44,951 nucleotides of DNA. It comes from Octopus bimaculoides. Taxonomy: Eukaryota. A model generated the notes under the pieces. It did not search any database, was not told where the DNA came from, and saw nothing but the letters and a program-made list of their open reading frames with translations. Positions 1 through 15,400 of this stretch are shown here, in pieces. Each line of letters starts with the position of its first letter. Within the stretch, counting starts at the first letter, position 1. The stretch is from the NCBI RefSeq assembly GCF_001194135.2, contig NC_069002.1, positions 35,778,723 to 35,823,673 of the forward strand, read 5' to 3'. A program made the translations under genes and the position numbers.

Positions 1-654
1 GTTTATATAGATATTCTGTGTGACCCTACTCCTTCTCCTTTTCTCACTCGCTTTGTTACTTCTATTTCTAGCTTGTCCACTTTCCCCTTTTTCTCTCTCT
101 CTCGCCCTCTCACTTGTATTTGTAGTCCTTCTCCTCTCCCTTTCCCCCGTCATTTCTCCCTCTCTCCCTACCAGTCTTCCTTCATTCTCTCTCTTTCTCA
201 GCCCGGCCGCCCAGCGATTCGGTCGAAAAAAATTTTTGTCTGTCTTGCTATATGCTGTTGTCTATATCCTTCAGGATTTCTTCTAAGCGTTACCTACCAT
301 TCTTGTCTTTTGGCCCTAAGGCTGTATTTTACTCGTTTTGTTTTCGTCCATTGTCTTAAATTACATTTTTTTCTCTACTTTCGCATGTTTGCCTGTGTCG
401 TTTCGTTTGCTTAAGGCCCGATTCTCTGCGTCTTTCGCAAGTACCGCCAACCTGGGAAGCCCTCAGTTTTATCATTAATGGTGCAAAACTGAGTATTACC
501 ATTTTGGCTGATAACTGATGAAGAATTAGGGACCATCTGTATACGTTTTTTATCTGTCGTTGTTTGTTTACAATGTATATATCTGTGTGTATGTGTGTGT
601 GAAAATGTTTTGGTAAAAATATGTTAAACAACGTTCGTTAGGTGGTTTGGTTAT

Positions 655-660
655 TTTATT
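655..660 (-). promoter_or_regulatory. Candidate poly(A) signal AATAAA of IDO
   Basis: AATAAA on minus strand about 42 nt after the stop; could occur by chance in AT-rich DNA. Confidence 0.45.
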
Positions 661-701
661 TTTCAAAGGGAACTTTAAACGGTAAACAGGACTGCTTTTG
701 T

Positions 702-784
702 CTATTTTGCTGGACCATTCGGTGCAACTTCAATCCTCGATTCTTTAGTAGTATGTCGAATATCTTTCAGAAATGGTATGAGAG
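702..784 (-). CDS. IDO: IDO exon 14 (terminal): (S)[26 protein letters not shown]
   Basis: Pyrimidine tract then gacag|; the exon's first two bases complete TCT; TAG at 704-702; matches DLMNFLKTVRSTT. Confidence 0.93.
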
Positions 785-1786
785 CTGTCATCCGGACGAT
801 GAGGAAGGTGGAGAAAAAAAGATGATCGGCAGCAGACGGAGTAGCAAACGGTGGAGGTATCGGTGGCGGCGGCAGTGGCGGTGGGGGTAGCAGTGGTAGT
901 AGCAGTGGTGATATTGGTGGTGGTTAGTTGGTTGTTGGTACACAGATAAAATTTAAAAAATGAAAAAAAATGAAAAGCATTAATAAACCAAATGTTCGTT
1001 ACTTGCACTAGTATGTAACCACACATGAAATAAAACTATACTGTTCATCATCATCATCATCATTAGTACGCCGGACGTATTGCTAAGCGGCATTTCGTCC
1101 GTCTTCATTTTCTGAATTCAAATGCCACCGTGATCGACTTTGCCTTTCATAGTTCGGGGTTGATGAATTAAGAACCAGTGAAACACTGGGGTCGATGTAA
1201 TTTCAGGCCTTGTGCCTATAGTAGAAAGGATTATTATTGTTGTTGTTGTTGTTGTTGTTATTTGAGAGAGGACGCATGGTTTAAGGGGTGAGGTTATTGT
1301 ATTTCACTCATGATCGCAAGATCGTGGTTTCAATTCGTAGACCGGGTGGTGCGTTGTATCCTTGAGCAAAGCACTTCATCTCACGCTACTCTGCGATCAC
1401 TTCGACTCCTGACGCGTGGCACACAGTGGCACACAGATCACTTCGACCCCTGACGCGTGGCACACAGTGGCACACAGATCACTTCGACCCCTGACACGTG
1501 GCACACAGATCACTTTGACCCCTGACGCGTGGCACACAGTGGCACACAGATCACTTCGACCCCTGACACGTGGCACACAGTGCATCAACGTTGATTTGAT
1601 GGAGACAGTGAGGTAATGTCCAGCACACACATTTGATCACTATAAACAAACCATCTGAGCAGCTGTGTGTGTCTATGTGTATGCGTTTGTGTGTGTGCGT
1701 GCGTGTGTGNNNNNNNNNNNNNNNNNNNNNNNNNNNNNNNNNNNNNNNNNNNNNNNNNNNNNNNNNNNNNNNNNNNNNNNNNNNNN

Positions 1787-1843
<57 letters not shown>

Positions 1844-2618
1844 ATGTCTGTGCCTGTGTGTGTTAGTGAAAGTGTGGGAGAGGAAGAGAAAAAGAGAGAA
1901 GGGAGGGACATCTTTTTCTCGTCGCACAGACCCTATGAAGGACACGATATGAAAACCCACTCCAAAAGCAGAACTCACCATAGCCTCATTTATTTATTTA
2001 ATTTTTCAAACATCTATTCATATATTTACAGCAAATACCAAAAGTTAAGAGTAATATAAATGAAGTGGTTGAAGAACCTTTCAATGTGATATGAAACCGT
2101 AAATATATTTTCTATGATGTATACTTACGTATACATAAACACTTATAAAGAAACACATAAATTAAAATACACAGCGTAATAATTAAAACAGGGATAATTT
2201 GGGGACTAATAAGTTTAACTGCGATCATCAGTAAACAATTGAAACTCTGACTTTAAAATATCAGGTTTAAAATAGGAATAGACAAATTGATAATATATAT
2301 TTTATTCGATAGAAAACAATGTGGATATGAATGGTGTTAAACAAGGACGATAATACAAATAAACAGATATCCACACAGGGCACACACTGACACACGTATA
2401 TATTGTAGGTGTGTGTACATATGTATGCATTGGATATTCTGTACATATGTATTATATATACGCATATATATATGTATATACGTGTGAGTGTGGGTGTACC
2501 TTTGTGTGTGTGTGTATGTGTGTGTTAATAACATTAATAATTGTATACGTATGTTAGTTGCATAGAAATATAGAAAGTATTTTTAACATACATACATTCA
2601 TACAAACATGTATGTATA

Positions 2619-2669
<51 letters not shown>

Positions 2670-3787
2670 TTATGTATATTTATATATTTATAATCAGATG
2701 TACATATTTAAACGTGTACGTACGTACATACATACATATATACATACATACATGCATACATGGATACATGCATACATACATACGTAGATACATACATACA
2801 TGCATACATCGTACATACATACATGCATGCATACATACGTACGTACATGCATACATACATACATACATACATACATACACACATAGTGATCACATGCCTT
2901 ACAAATTTTAAATTTTGTTACATACATAATTTATATTATTTTGTATGCATAAATTGATTTATGAGTTAGAGAATTGTAAATGCTCAGCCTACAGCGGATA
3001 GTGGCAAAAATGGCATTAAATTGAAATACATAATTAAATAAGATGACGATGATGATGAGAGAGACGACGAAGAAGAAGAAGCTCAATAACAATAACAACC
3101 TTATGCATAAGATATTTGTTAAGTTTCAAAGCTAGGTAAAAGTACATCTATCCAAAAGATGTCAATGGGAATACGAAGTTTTTTTGAGTCATGAGGGATT
3201 TATGTGAAATAAACGAGTTTTGGAAGCGAATGTACATTGATGGAAGGTGTATCTTATTTGTGTTAGTTTTTATTTTAAATAACCCTTCAGTTTTCATTGG
3301 AAAAAATGGGAAAGATTCGACTTGAGTTGAAAAGTGTTATTAATTTATTTATTTATTTTTACTTTTAAACTGCGTCACATAAACTTGAATAGGAAAGATA
3401 AATTCGGTGAAAGCCATGTATATGTGTGCGTGTGTATGTGTGAGTGCGTGCGTGCTTGTGTGTGTGACTATGTATGTAAGCATACATGAATGTATGTGAC
3501 GATATATATTTATATGCACACACGCACTCACACACATACACATATATATATATAGACAGATAGAGAGAGAGGGAGAAGGTTTATCTCTACAGCTGATATA
3601 AATGTAAGACACAGTATTGAATAATAAACTTTTAATATACCAATATACTTCGTAGTATATTATGGTTGCAAACGAAACACTGTGTTTTTGATAGCTATAT
3701 ATATATATATATATAAATATATATACATTGATTATATATACATATCTGTCTATCTACATGCATATACATATATTATATATATATATA

Positions 3788-3857
<70 letters not shown>

Positions 3858-5018
3858 CATTTTCAACATATTTTTTCATCATATGTTTTTCTCCTCATCT
3901 ATCCTTTCTATAGAAAAGATAGACGTAAAATCGAAACGTTAAGAACGTCTTCAATCTTTCCTACGCGTGAATCAAATACACTCTTGTTTGTTCTTTCGAC
4001 ACGTCTTTGCTTTTTCCTAATGCTAATGATCTTAACTCGAGATTATACTATAAAATGCCGACTTTGTCTGCACAGTACGATTGAACCTCGGACCTAATAG
4101 TTAACTAGTATACCATTCCTATGAATGTCACTAAGAAACAGATACATAAACTTACATGTTCCACCTGTACCTCGTTTTGCTAGCTTCTCAAATGTCTCTT
4201 CTCTCCTGCCTCTAGACGAAGCGTTGACTACATACCTGAAATAGAAAGAAACAAACATAGGTATATAGACAGACAGATAGATAGATACATACATACATAC
4301 ATAAAGGAAGAAAGAAAGGAAGGAAGGAAGGAAGGAAGAGAGAAAGAAATACAAAAACGTTGAATGAGTTGTCTTTTAATTTTTACCCGTTTTATTCATT
4401 GGATTATGGCCATGCTGTAAGCCTCACCTTCAAAGGTTTTAGTCGAATCAATCGGCTCCCTTTCTTACCTTTAGAATTAATAACCCATTTCTTGTTCAAA
4501 AAGAGATTAATAGTTTACATCATTTATAGTTCATACAAACTAGGACACAGTAAGCCTGGTCTGTCTAATTTGCATAACAGTACAAATGCAGACAACTTCA
4601 CCAATTAATAATGTACTACACTGCGTTTTTGGATCATTCGAAATATGATGGTGTAAAGTATAAGTTTTCTGATAGACATAACATTTTAGCTAAAGTGATT
4701 ATCATGTTTGATTGTTATCTCTTTCCGTGGCAGAAATTATTGTAGACGGGTAAATTTTTTCCCCCTCTGTTGGAAGTCTAAGAAAACTAGAAACCAATCA
4801 TATCTATTCAGTTTCTTCTGCCAACAGCAACACTAAAATTGTGTTTATCGAAAATTAATACCTTACAATAATTCCAAATTATATATATTCGTATATTATT
4901 TATATATGTATGCATGTATATATCAATAAATATTTATATTCAAACAGACAGATAGAAAAGCCAGACAGACAGAAAAGATAGAGAGACCGAAAATACAGAC
5001 AGATACATACATACATAT

Positions 5019-5049
<31 letters not shown>

Positions 5050-5117
5050 CATACATACATACATGCATACGTACATAGAGAAGCAGGGAATCTGTGAGAT
5101 ACATAGATAGAAAGATG

Positions 5118-5175
<58 letters not shown>

Positions 5176-5190
5176 GATAGAGAGAGAGAG

Positions 5191-5262
<72 letters not shown>

Positions 5263-5806
5263 GCTATTATATCTACATACATCTCCCACCATTTCTTCGT
5301 GTCTTCCTAATCACTTCCCAACCATCACTGCTATATTTTATGTTTTTTTTTTTAATCCATCAACGATTAAAATTGGATATCTACAGGCTCTGTATATAAA
5401 TTTAGTTACAAATTTTCATCTAACCTTATAAAAGTTAGCCAAAAGTGATTGATAATTTGATCGAATTCGATCTTTAACTCTGTTTTTCAGTGAATATTTT
5501 TATATTTATTTATTCATGAAAAACAATTTATTTCGAAATTCAAACAAAAAATGCTTTTTTTTTTAGCACCATTTCCACCATCTTATTCACCCTGTCGTCT
5601 GCTGTTCACATTTCTCCTACTCTCTTTACTTCCTCCTCTCTCTCAATCTTTCTCACACCTCATACTATGCTTCTCTATATATGTATANNNNNNNNNNNNN
5701 NNNNNNNNNNNNNNNNNNNNNNNNNNNNNNNNNNNNNNNNNNNNNNNNNNNNNNNNNNNNNNNNNNNNNNNNNNNNNNNNNNNNNNNNNNNNNTAGATAT
5801 AGATAA

Positions 5807-5841
<35 letters not shown>

Positions 5842-6405
5842 CTTACATATACATATATATGTATATATACATACATGTGTGTATTTGTTTGTATGTATTG
5901 GGTATGCGTATATGTGTGTATTTGTGTGTGTTGCATGTGTATCTTGAGTACGTAAGGCGTGTGTGTGCGTGTGTAGTTGTGTGTCGTGTGTGTATATATA
6001 CATGTGTAATTATTTGTGTAGCCGTGTGTGTTTCTTTTTTCTTTTTTTTTTTAATCTTTATATTTGTTTCTGTATGTTGCTGTGTATGAATGTGCAAGTA
6101 TTCGTGTACTTCTTTATAAGTGTGTTGTACACATGTAGGTGAGTGCGTGTATACGTACAGGTGTATATATGTATACATCTGTTTCTGATATTGTGTGAAT
6201 ATTTATGAGTATTGGTTTGTGTGTGTGTTTTAAACGCTTCTCTCTCCCACGATGCACATGCATAACCACATCTACATACATCCACACTTCAACAGAGATA
6301 TACACACACATACATGCAGATATACAAGCATATGCATATATGCATATGCACATAACATTAAGACTATTTTATGCTGCTGTTTTCTTTCATTTCCCTCCCT
6401 CACTT

Positions 6406-6440
<35 letters not shown>

Positions 6441-6546
6441 TCCTTTCTCTCTCTCCCTCTCCTCCCACTGTTACCACCTAGGTGAAATCTTCCTCGTGAG
6501 ACATTCAAAAACTAATCAATCCCCCTCTTCTATATCTTTTATTCTT

Positions 6547-6581
<35 letters not shown>

Positions 6582-6860
6582 CCGTCTTTCTTTCTCATTA
6601 TATAATTATATATCTATAATTTTTGCTTAGCATACCTCTCGTGTATATGCATACGCACTACACATACGTACATACATGCATACATACATATATACATACA
6701 TACATGCATAAATTGTGTGGTAAAGAGCTTACTTTCAAACCACATGGTTGGGAGTTCAGTTCCACTGTGTGACAACTTTGGCAAGTATCTTTTTCTAAAG
6801 CCTCGGATCTACCAAAGTCTTATAAGTGGATTTAGTAGACGGAAACTGAAAGAAGCCTGT

Positions 6861-6897
<37 letters not shown>

Positions 6898-8181
6898 GAC
6901 GAGCTTCTTTCAGTTTCCCTCTACCAAATCCACTCACGAGGTTTTAATCGGCCCGAGGCTAAAGTAGAAGACACTTGCCCAAGCTGCCACGCGGTGGGAC
7001 TGAACCCAGAACCATGTGGTTGAGAAGCAAGCTTTTTATGACAAATGATCTTATAGTTACGTTTCTTAAATGTCTGCTTTCGATCGAATACCACCGGAAA
7101 GGAAGACATTTCTTCTCATCTTTTTTTAAGGTCGATTTAATCAACGTCTTNNNNNNNNNNNNNNNNNNNNNNNNNNNNNNNNNNNNNNNNNNNNNNNNNN
7201 NNNNNNNNNNNNNNNNNNNNNNNNNNNNNNNNNNNNNNNNNNNNNNNNNNNNNNNNNNNNNNNNNNNNNNNNNNNNNNNNNNNNNNNNNNNNNNNNNNNN
7301 NNNNNNNNNNNNNNNNNNNNNNNNNNNNNNNNNNNNNNNNNNNNNNNNNNNNNNNNNNNNNNNNNNNNNNNNNNNNNNNNNNNNNNNNNNNNNNNNNNNN
7401 NNNNNNNNNNNNNNNNNNNNNNNNNNNNNNNNNNNNNNNNNNNNNNNNNNNNNNNNNNNNNNNNNNNNNNNNNNNNNNNNNNNNNNNNNNNNNNNNNNNN
7501 NNNNNNNNNNNNNNNNNNNNNNNNNNNNNNNNNNNNNNNNNNNNNNNNNNNNNNNNNNNNNNNNNNNNNNNNNNNNNNNNNNNNNNNNNNNNNNNNNNNN
7601 NNNNNNNNNNNNNNNNNNNNNNNNNNNNNNNNNNNNNNNNNNNNNNNNNNNNNNNNNNNNNNNNNNNNNNNNNNNNNNNNNNNNNNNNNNNNNNNNNNNN
7701 NNNNTATATATATATATATATATATATGCATACATACATATATATGTGTATGTATGTGAGTATGTATGTATGTGTATATGAATGTATGGTCAGAGTGATC
7801 AAAAGACTCCAAAGAGGGTGGTGTTAGTCTGCGTCGGCAAGACTTGCATTAGTTAGTAAGATCGATAAAAAGAGTATAATGAGCTTGCCGTAAGAGAGAG
7901 TGGTGAAAAATCCGACGTTTCGGATAAAACCCTTCTTCAGACGTTAAGTTGAAAGAAGAGAAAAGAGTAAGTGACAGCAAAACTTTACATCTTCTACGTT
8001 AGATAAACTGGCTGCAACTCGTCAAGCCAAGTTCAATGGACTGTTTTCATTATTTTAACTAAATGAGGGTCTATATTGTGTATACATTCTCATTGGCTCT
8101 TTTTACGATGCATGTTTACTATGACCGTTGTACGTTGTTTTCTGTGTATTTGTCCGAATTCGGGAGTGGTGGTGGAGGTGA

Positions 8182-8246
<65 letters not shown>

Positions 8247-8676
8247 ATGCTGGTAATGATGGAACACTGATTTTTCCTGGAATACCACCAGCACCAACTC
8301 TATCATCATCATAATCATCATCATCATCGTCGTCGTCGTCGTCGTCAACAGCAACAATAGACTTGAACGCTATCCCCATGATCAACAGAACGATCACCTG
8401 CGCCAAAACACCCAGCGTCCCCACCACCACCACCAGCACCAAAACTAACCCCCGCTATTTCCATTAAAAATGCCCCCCACACACACACACACACTACAAC
8501 CCCAGCGACCGCCCCCACTAAATTCGTTCTACTAGAGTCACTACACCACCTCTACCACCATAAACACCAACCACCACCAGCATCATCATCATCATCGTCA
8601 TCAACAATACCAGCATCGTTGTCGTCATCATCATCATCAACATCAACACCGCCACAACCATCACCATCATCATTAA

Positions 8677-8712
<36 letters not shown>

Positions 8713-10013
8713 TAACATCATCATCATCATCATCATCATTATCATCATCATCAACATCATCAATGCACTCATCATCATCATCATCGTCGTCGTCGTCATC
8801 ATCATCATAATCAACATCATTAACATCATCATCATCATCATCATCATCATCACCGTCATCAACAATATCATCGTCGTCGTCATCATCATCATCATCATCA
8901 TCATCATCGTCATCAACAATATCATCATCGTCGTCGTCACCATCATCATCATTATCACTACCACTACTGTTATCATCATCATCATCATCAACATCAATGC
9001 ACTCATCATCATCATCATCATCATCACCGCCACCATCACCATCATCACTACCGTCATCATTATGATCACCATCAACTTCAAGACAATAACCATGAGAGTT
9101 GTCACCACCGCCATCCTCAGCACCTCAATACCCGGCCAAAATCCACCATGCCGCCTACCCGACCACCACCGCCACCGACAGACGTCGCGTGACCTTTCAG
9201 AATTTCACAAAGTGGATAGAGATGAGAAAGTCGGTCTAGAGAGAATGACATAGTAATGTGCGTGACCGCGGCAATAGCAATCCTATACAGACAGCCCGAC
9301 AGACAGACCGACAGACTGACAAGCAGACAGGCAAGCAGACACATACATACATATATACATACATGCATACATATTTACATACATATATACATACATCCAT
9401 ATATATATATACACACACACACATATTTACATACATACATACATACATACGTACATACAAAAATACGTACGTACGTACATATATACACACATACATATAT
9501 ACATACATCCATATATGCACACATACATATTTAAATGCATATATACATACATGCTTACATTCATTCATACATACATACATACGTACGTACGAAAATACGT
9601 ACATAGATACACATATACATATTTACATACATATATACATAAATTCGTTCATACATACTTCCATTCATTCATTCATACATACATACATACATACATACAC
9701 ACACACATACATACATACATACATATATACACACATACATATNNNNNNNNNNNNNNNNNNNNNNNNNNNNNNNNNNNNNNNNNNNNNNNNNNNNNNNNNN
9801 NNNNNNNNNNNNNNNNNNNNNNNNNNNNNNNNNNNNNNNNNNNNNNNNNNNNNNNNNNNNNNNNNNNNNNNNNNNNNNNNNNNNNNNNNNNNNNNNNNNN
9901 NNNNNNNNNNNNNNNNNNNNNNNNNNNNNNNNNNNTATACACATATACATATATACATACATATATATTTGCATACATATATACATGCATACATATCTAC
10001 ATACCTGTATACA

Positions 10014-10047
<34 letters not shown>

Positions 10048-10528
10048 CGCACATACATATTTACATACATATATACAGCTATACATACATTCATACATAC
10101 ACACGTACGTACATGCGTAAATACGTACATTTATACACACATACATATATACACATATACATATTTACATACATATATACATAAATTCGTTCATACATAC
10201 TTCCATTCATTCATTCATACATACATACATACATACATACACACACACATACATACATACATACATATATACACACATACATATTTAAATCCATACATAC
10301 ATACATACATACATACATACATACATACATACATACAGCTTATGAGGCAGGCAAACTTCTTTACAAACATACCTAGATAATAACTGGCAGAGATAGACAG
10401 ATATGTCGAGAAAGAGAGAGGGGGAGGGTGGAACTATGCGATTTCAAACATACAACTATATCGACACACGCACACACAAATGCACATACATGCTCATACG
10501 TTCCTCTGTGTATGAGTGTGTTTCTGTG

Positions 10529-10568
<40 letters not shown>

Positions 10569-11153
10569 NNNNNNNNNNAGAGAGAGAGAGAGAGAGAGAG
10601 AGAGAATAATACTAACTTCAGATTATTCCTTGATATGTCACTCTTCAAGCTCGTATGCTCGATTATAAGTTCTGTGCTAAATAAAGACCTACAGGTCTGA
10701 TGATTACCTTATCATGCCACAAAGCTCGAAGTATCCTATGTTATAATAATTAGTTAATAAAACAATACATACACTAATGGAAGTTTGAGATTGTTAATAC
10801 TCTTAAGTGGAACGTCTGAAGCATTGCGAATTTTTCCACATGAAACCATTGGTAACATTCTAAATCTACAAGTAGAGAATACCCACCAAATGAGATGCTG
10901 AGCACTAATTCCCACTATTTGATATTATCATGTGTGTGTGTGTTAGTGCGTGTGTCTTTGTGCGGATTCATGCTTTCAGGTATGTGCGCATGTAGAACAA
11001 AACAGTGAAATGAATATATTTCTGTGTTCTACCTCATCCGTCACGTTTTTGGCAAATAAGGAAATTATCTTTCTTATGATAATACAAAACATTATCATTT
11101 ATCATTCCGAATAACATTATTTATATTATTGTTCTAATTATTGATACTTAAAC

Positions 11154-11187
<34 letters not shown>

Positions 11188-11651
11188 ACACTTCATTTCT
11201 GTAATCATAGTTGCGACTTCACGTTTTTGCATATAGCCATGTAGATTACCGCGCGCATCATGAACATCTATAATATATATATATAAATATATATATATAA
11301 ATGTATATNNNNNNNNNNNNNNNNNNNNNNNNNNNNNNNNNNNNNNNNNNNNNNNNNNNNNNNNNNNNNNNNNNNNNNNNNNNNNNNNNNNNNNNNNNNN
11401 NNNNNNNNNNNNNNNNNNNNNNNNNNNNNNNNNNNNNNNNNNNNNNNNNNNNNNNNNNNNNNNNNNNNNNNNNNNNNNNNNNNNNNNNNNNNNNNNNNNN
11501 NNNNNNNNNNNNNNNNNNNNNNNNNNNNNNNNNNNNNNNNNNNNNNNNNNNNNNNNNNNNNNNNNNNNNNNATATATATATATATATGTATATATATGTA
11601 TATATATGTATATATATGTATATATATGTATATATATACACGCAAATCTGT

Positions 11652-11696
<45 letters not shown>

Positions 11697-12414
11697 GTGT
11701 ATGCCTATTTGGAAAAATAAAAATATATATGTATCTATAAAGTTATAGATAGACATATGTGTGTGTGTGTGTATGTATATATATACTTACATATATATAA
11801 ACACACGTGCACACATACATTTGCATGTATATGTGCGTATGTGTGTAAATATGCATATGTATATGTGTGAGCATGTGTGCGGTGCGCGCACGTGTGTGTG
11901 TGTGTTTATGTATGTAGGTTTGTATATTTTAAAGTCATTATAAAAGGTTATTGTAAGGTCTTTGTGCAATTTGAAATTTGAAATTTGAAATTTTTATACA
12001 TTTAGTTCTGTGTAAGAAAGTATTAAGATGAAAAGAGCCTTTGGAAGCTTGATGCATTTATTTCATTGTCATCAATCAAAAAATGTATTATTATAATTTG
12101 TAAATTTTTTAAAAGATTTAAAATTTACGTCGGCTTTATGTTATGGAAGCACAGACATATGTATCGACATACAGAAGACAGGCAGAGGCAGGGAGATATG
12201 TATATTGGTTGGCAGGTAGGTGGGTAGGTAGGCAGGTAGGTGGGTAGGTGAGTAGGTAGGTAGGTAGGTAGGTAGGTAGGTAGGTAGGTAGGTAGGTAGG
12301 TGTGTATGGGTATATAGTACATGTGTATATACATATATGTATATGCATCCATATATATACATATATATGTGGGGGGGGGTGTATGTATATATATCACTTA
12401 TGTATATATCTATC

Positions 12415-12473
<59 letters not shown>

Positions 12474-15400
12474 NNNNNNNNNNNNNNNNNNNNNNNNNNN
12501 NNNNNNNNNNNNNNNNNNNNNNNNNNNNNNNNNNNNNNNNNNNNNNNNNNNNNNNNNNNNNNNNNNNNNNNNNNNNNNNNNNNNNNNNNNNNNNNNNNNN
12601 NNNNNNNNNNNNNNNNNNNNNNNNNNNNNNNNNNNNNNNNNNNNNNNNNNNNNNNNNNNNNNNNNNNNNNNNNNNNNNNNNNNNNNNNNNTATGTATATG
12701 TATGTATGTATGTATGTATGTATGCATTTATGTATATATATATATGTATGCATGTATGTATGTATGTATGTATGTATGTATGTATGTATATATGTATACG
12801 GGTATTAGTTCATGTACATTGGCGAACAACTGGTGGCCTCGGAACGAATGAACGTCGCACCGAATAACAAAAACTACCCCTTCATTTTATCTTCCATTTG
12901 ACCCCTTCCTTTTAACCATTGTTCACCAATGAGGTATCACATAAAAATGAATTAAATCGATTAAGAATTTAATTAATTAATTAATATGTATTACATAAGT
13001 AGTTATTTTCACTTACTTCGTAACAATTGTCATGTGATATGAACGAAACTTCTCTATATTTTGTACGCATGTGTTGTAGTTCTCTATAAGTTCTTGTTGG
13101 TTGCTTTGAAGTACTGGAAATGTAGACAGAGACTGTAAATTATTCAATACAAATATCTTGTTTCTTTGTACAACTGCCGCACAGACCACATCCAGGCATA
13201 TCCCCAACTTATGCCGGTCACTGGTTCCGAGTCATGCGAGTTAACTTGAAACACGACGTAACGCGAAAAATCATTTTTTAAACTTTATTACTTTTTACAC
13301 ATTTCAGTCATTAGACTGCGGTCTTTGAAGTGAAATCAGAATTGGTAAACAGTCATCGATAAATAAAGAAGTGTTATGAGGCCATAAATTAGGCGGGATC
13401 CAAAGATCACGGAAAAAGGAATTGCGAGGGTCTGCGAAATTCTTCGAGAATGTGTGATCTTATGAGAAAGACAAAGAAATGCAGAGACCAGATCTGAAAT
13501 CACGTCTTATGAACAAATAAGATGTAACTGAGAGAGATCACATAGTCTCTCTAAGACAACCCATCACTTCGCATTGAGAGGACACAGCTCCGGTACTACG
13601 GAAAGGTGATGAGAATGGCTCGGAAAAGAATCGTTAGATGGATTCTTCTAGTCAAAACCAACTGGTAGGAGATATAGGAGTAGACCAAGAACGAGATATT
13701 TAGAGGCAGTTGAATGCAGATTAGTGATGAGGTTCTTATACTTAAAAGGTCGTATACCAAAAGGGACTCGTATGTTATCCACTGCAAAAGGATAAAAGGT
13801 AAGGATGACGTCGGCCGCATTTGAACTCGAAACGAAAAGCCGGAAGAAATGTCACTAAGAAATTTGTCCGCCGCCGTGGCTATTTTGCCCACTCGCCGTC
13901 TAATAAGAAATAATGAAATAACCTATTAATATACTTACCCCAGTAGATGACTGGTACTTTATTTTATTCTCCCCACCTAACCCCGATTAAAATGAAAGCA
14001 AAATTGATCTCAGCAGGAGTTAAAGTCGATACATTATGTCAAGAGCTCTATTGATTTACGAAGAGGATAGCAGATCAATCCTTGTTATTTCTCTTCTGAC
14101 GTAAACCACGTGATTAGATCAAACTATACAAAATGTCTTACCGTAGTTTCGAACCTTTGGTGATTTTTTTATTGCGTCAATGAAATCTCGATGAGGCTTT
14201 GGCATATATCCTTTCATCTCGTCTAAAAACATCTGTTTGTCTGTACAGAAATAAAAGACAAAGAAATAGTGGAAATCTAACATTATCCCGTCCAAAACAC
14301 TTTGAAACAACAAACTGGTAGGAGCACTGAAACAATACATTTCTGCTCCCTCGCTTAGTTTCTCTCAACTTTGTTTTGAAAAAGCGCCTATGCCCAAAAT
14401 ATTGATAACGTTTACTTTCCCACAGTTTAATACAATTGTTTCAATAGGTACGATTTATCTTATTTTATATTTTAGATTACATTACATTTGTGAACAATGT
14501 ATGTATATGTGCGTGCAAATATGTATGTGTATTTATGTATGCATCGATGTAAATTGTTTTGTAAGTATGCATGTGTCTCTGTAAGTTGTTTTGGGACCTG
14601 ATGTGGCCGATTTGAATACCAAAAGGTTAATGAATGTATACATGCATTAATGAATGAACGTATATATATCTGTATATATTTGTATAAGTGTATATGCATA
14701 TGTATACGTATAGGTGCTTGTTTTTGTAATCGTACGTGTATGTGTGAGTGAGAGTGGGAGGGAGAAGAGACAGAGTAAGAGAGAGAGGAGGGGAAAACAG
14801 AGAGTGTGTGTGTATGTGTGTTATTAAGTAAAAATAGAAATTTATATTAATTTCCTTGCCTTTGTTATGTTTTATTTCCAAGAAAGCGTCCAATGTCTGC
14901 AGAATGGAACTCTGAGCCGCACTACCGCCAACTAACTTTTAGACGAGACAAAAGAAAGAAGTTGTATTTTAAAAATAACTTATATTAAATTCATTGACTA
15001 CTGTAGGCTTTATAAGGAAACATTTTAAATATTAAAGAAATGTAGATACGTGGTACTTCGTTATGCAAACACAATATACTATGTCGTGTACTAAACGTCT
15101 TAGAACGTAGAGCCAGCACTGATTCTTGCTACAACGTTTCGTATCGAGACGTCGGATGTTAACAGACAATGTGATCGAAGACATAAGTGGGTGATGAGTG
15201 TATATGCCATATTTCGGGGGTTGTTGCCGCTTCTTCAGCACTCATCTAACCCACAATGTGTGCCTCCGAACACATTGCTTATATAGCCACCGCACACATC
15301 GGTGGTAAGTTATTGGACATACCAATTTACATATTAGACACATTCCTGAGGTTCGTATGTAAACATTAAAGACTTGTAGGTACGTGGTACATCGTTATGC

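Noticed and set aside
1395-1579. CRISPR-like repeat array
   Set aside because: No unique spacers; contiguous tandem units in a eukaryotic SINE.
7911-7945. Minus-strand CTGAAGAAGGG-TTTTA-TCCGAAACGTC hammerhead-like motif
   Set aside because: No stem I partner after the GUC and no room for stem III; likely a Penelope-type relic.
8063-9123. Long poly-Met/Ser/Asp/Val ORFs (e.g. 8518-9123, 201 aa)
   Set aside because: Translations of CAT/AGT trinucleotide repeats; no domain or splice support.
2337-12867. Many YI/HT/CV/LSIY-rich ORFs and ORFs running through X
   Set aside because: Microsatellite and N-gap artefacts.
14241-14340. Upstream part of ORF 14119-14340 ([21 protein letters not shown]...) as IDO coding sequence
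   Set aside because: Superficially like the SSVFQ..D..LGI motif, but the true GGSAAQSS exon is at 14860-14935; this stretch is intron ending in a pyrimidine tract and CAG.
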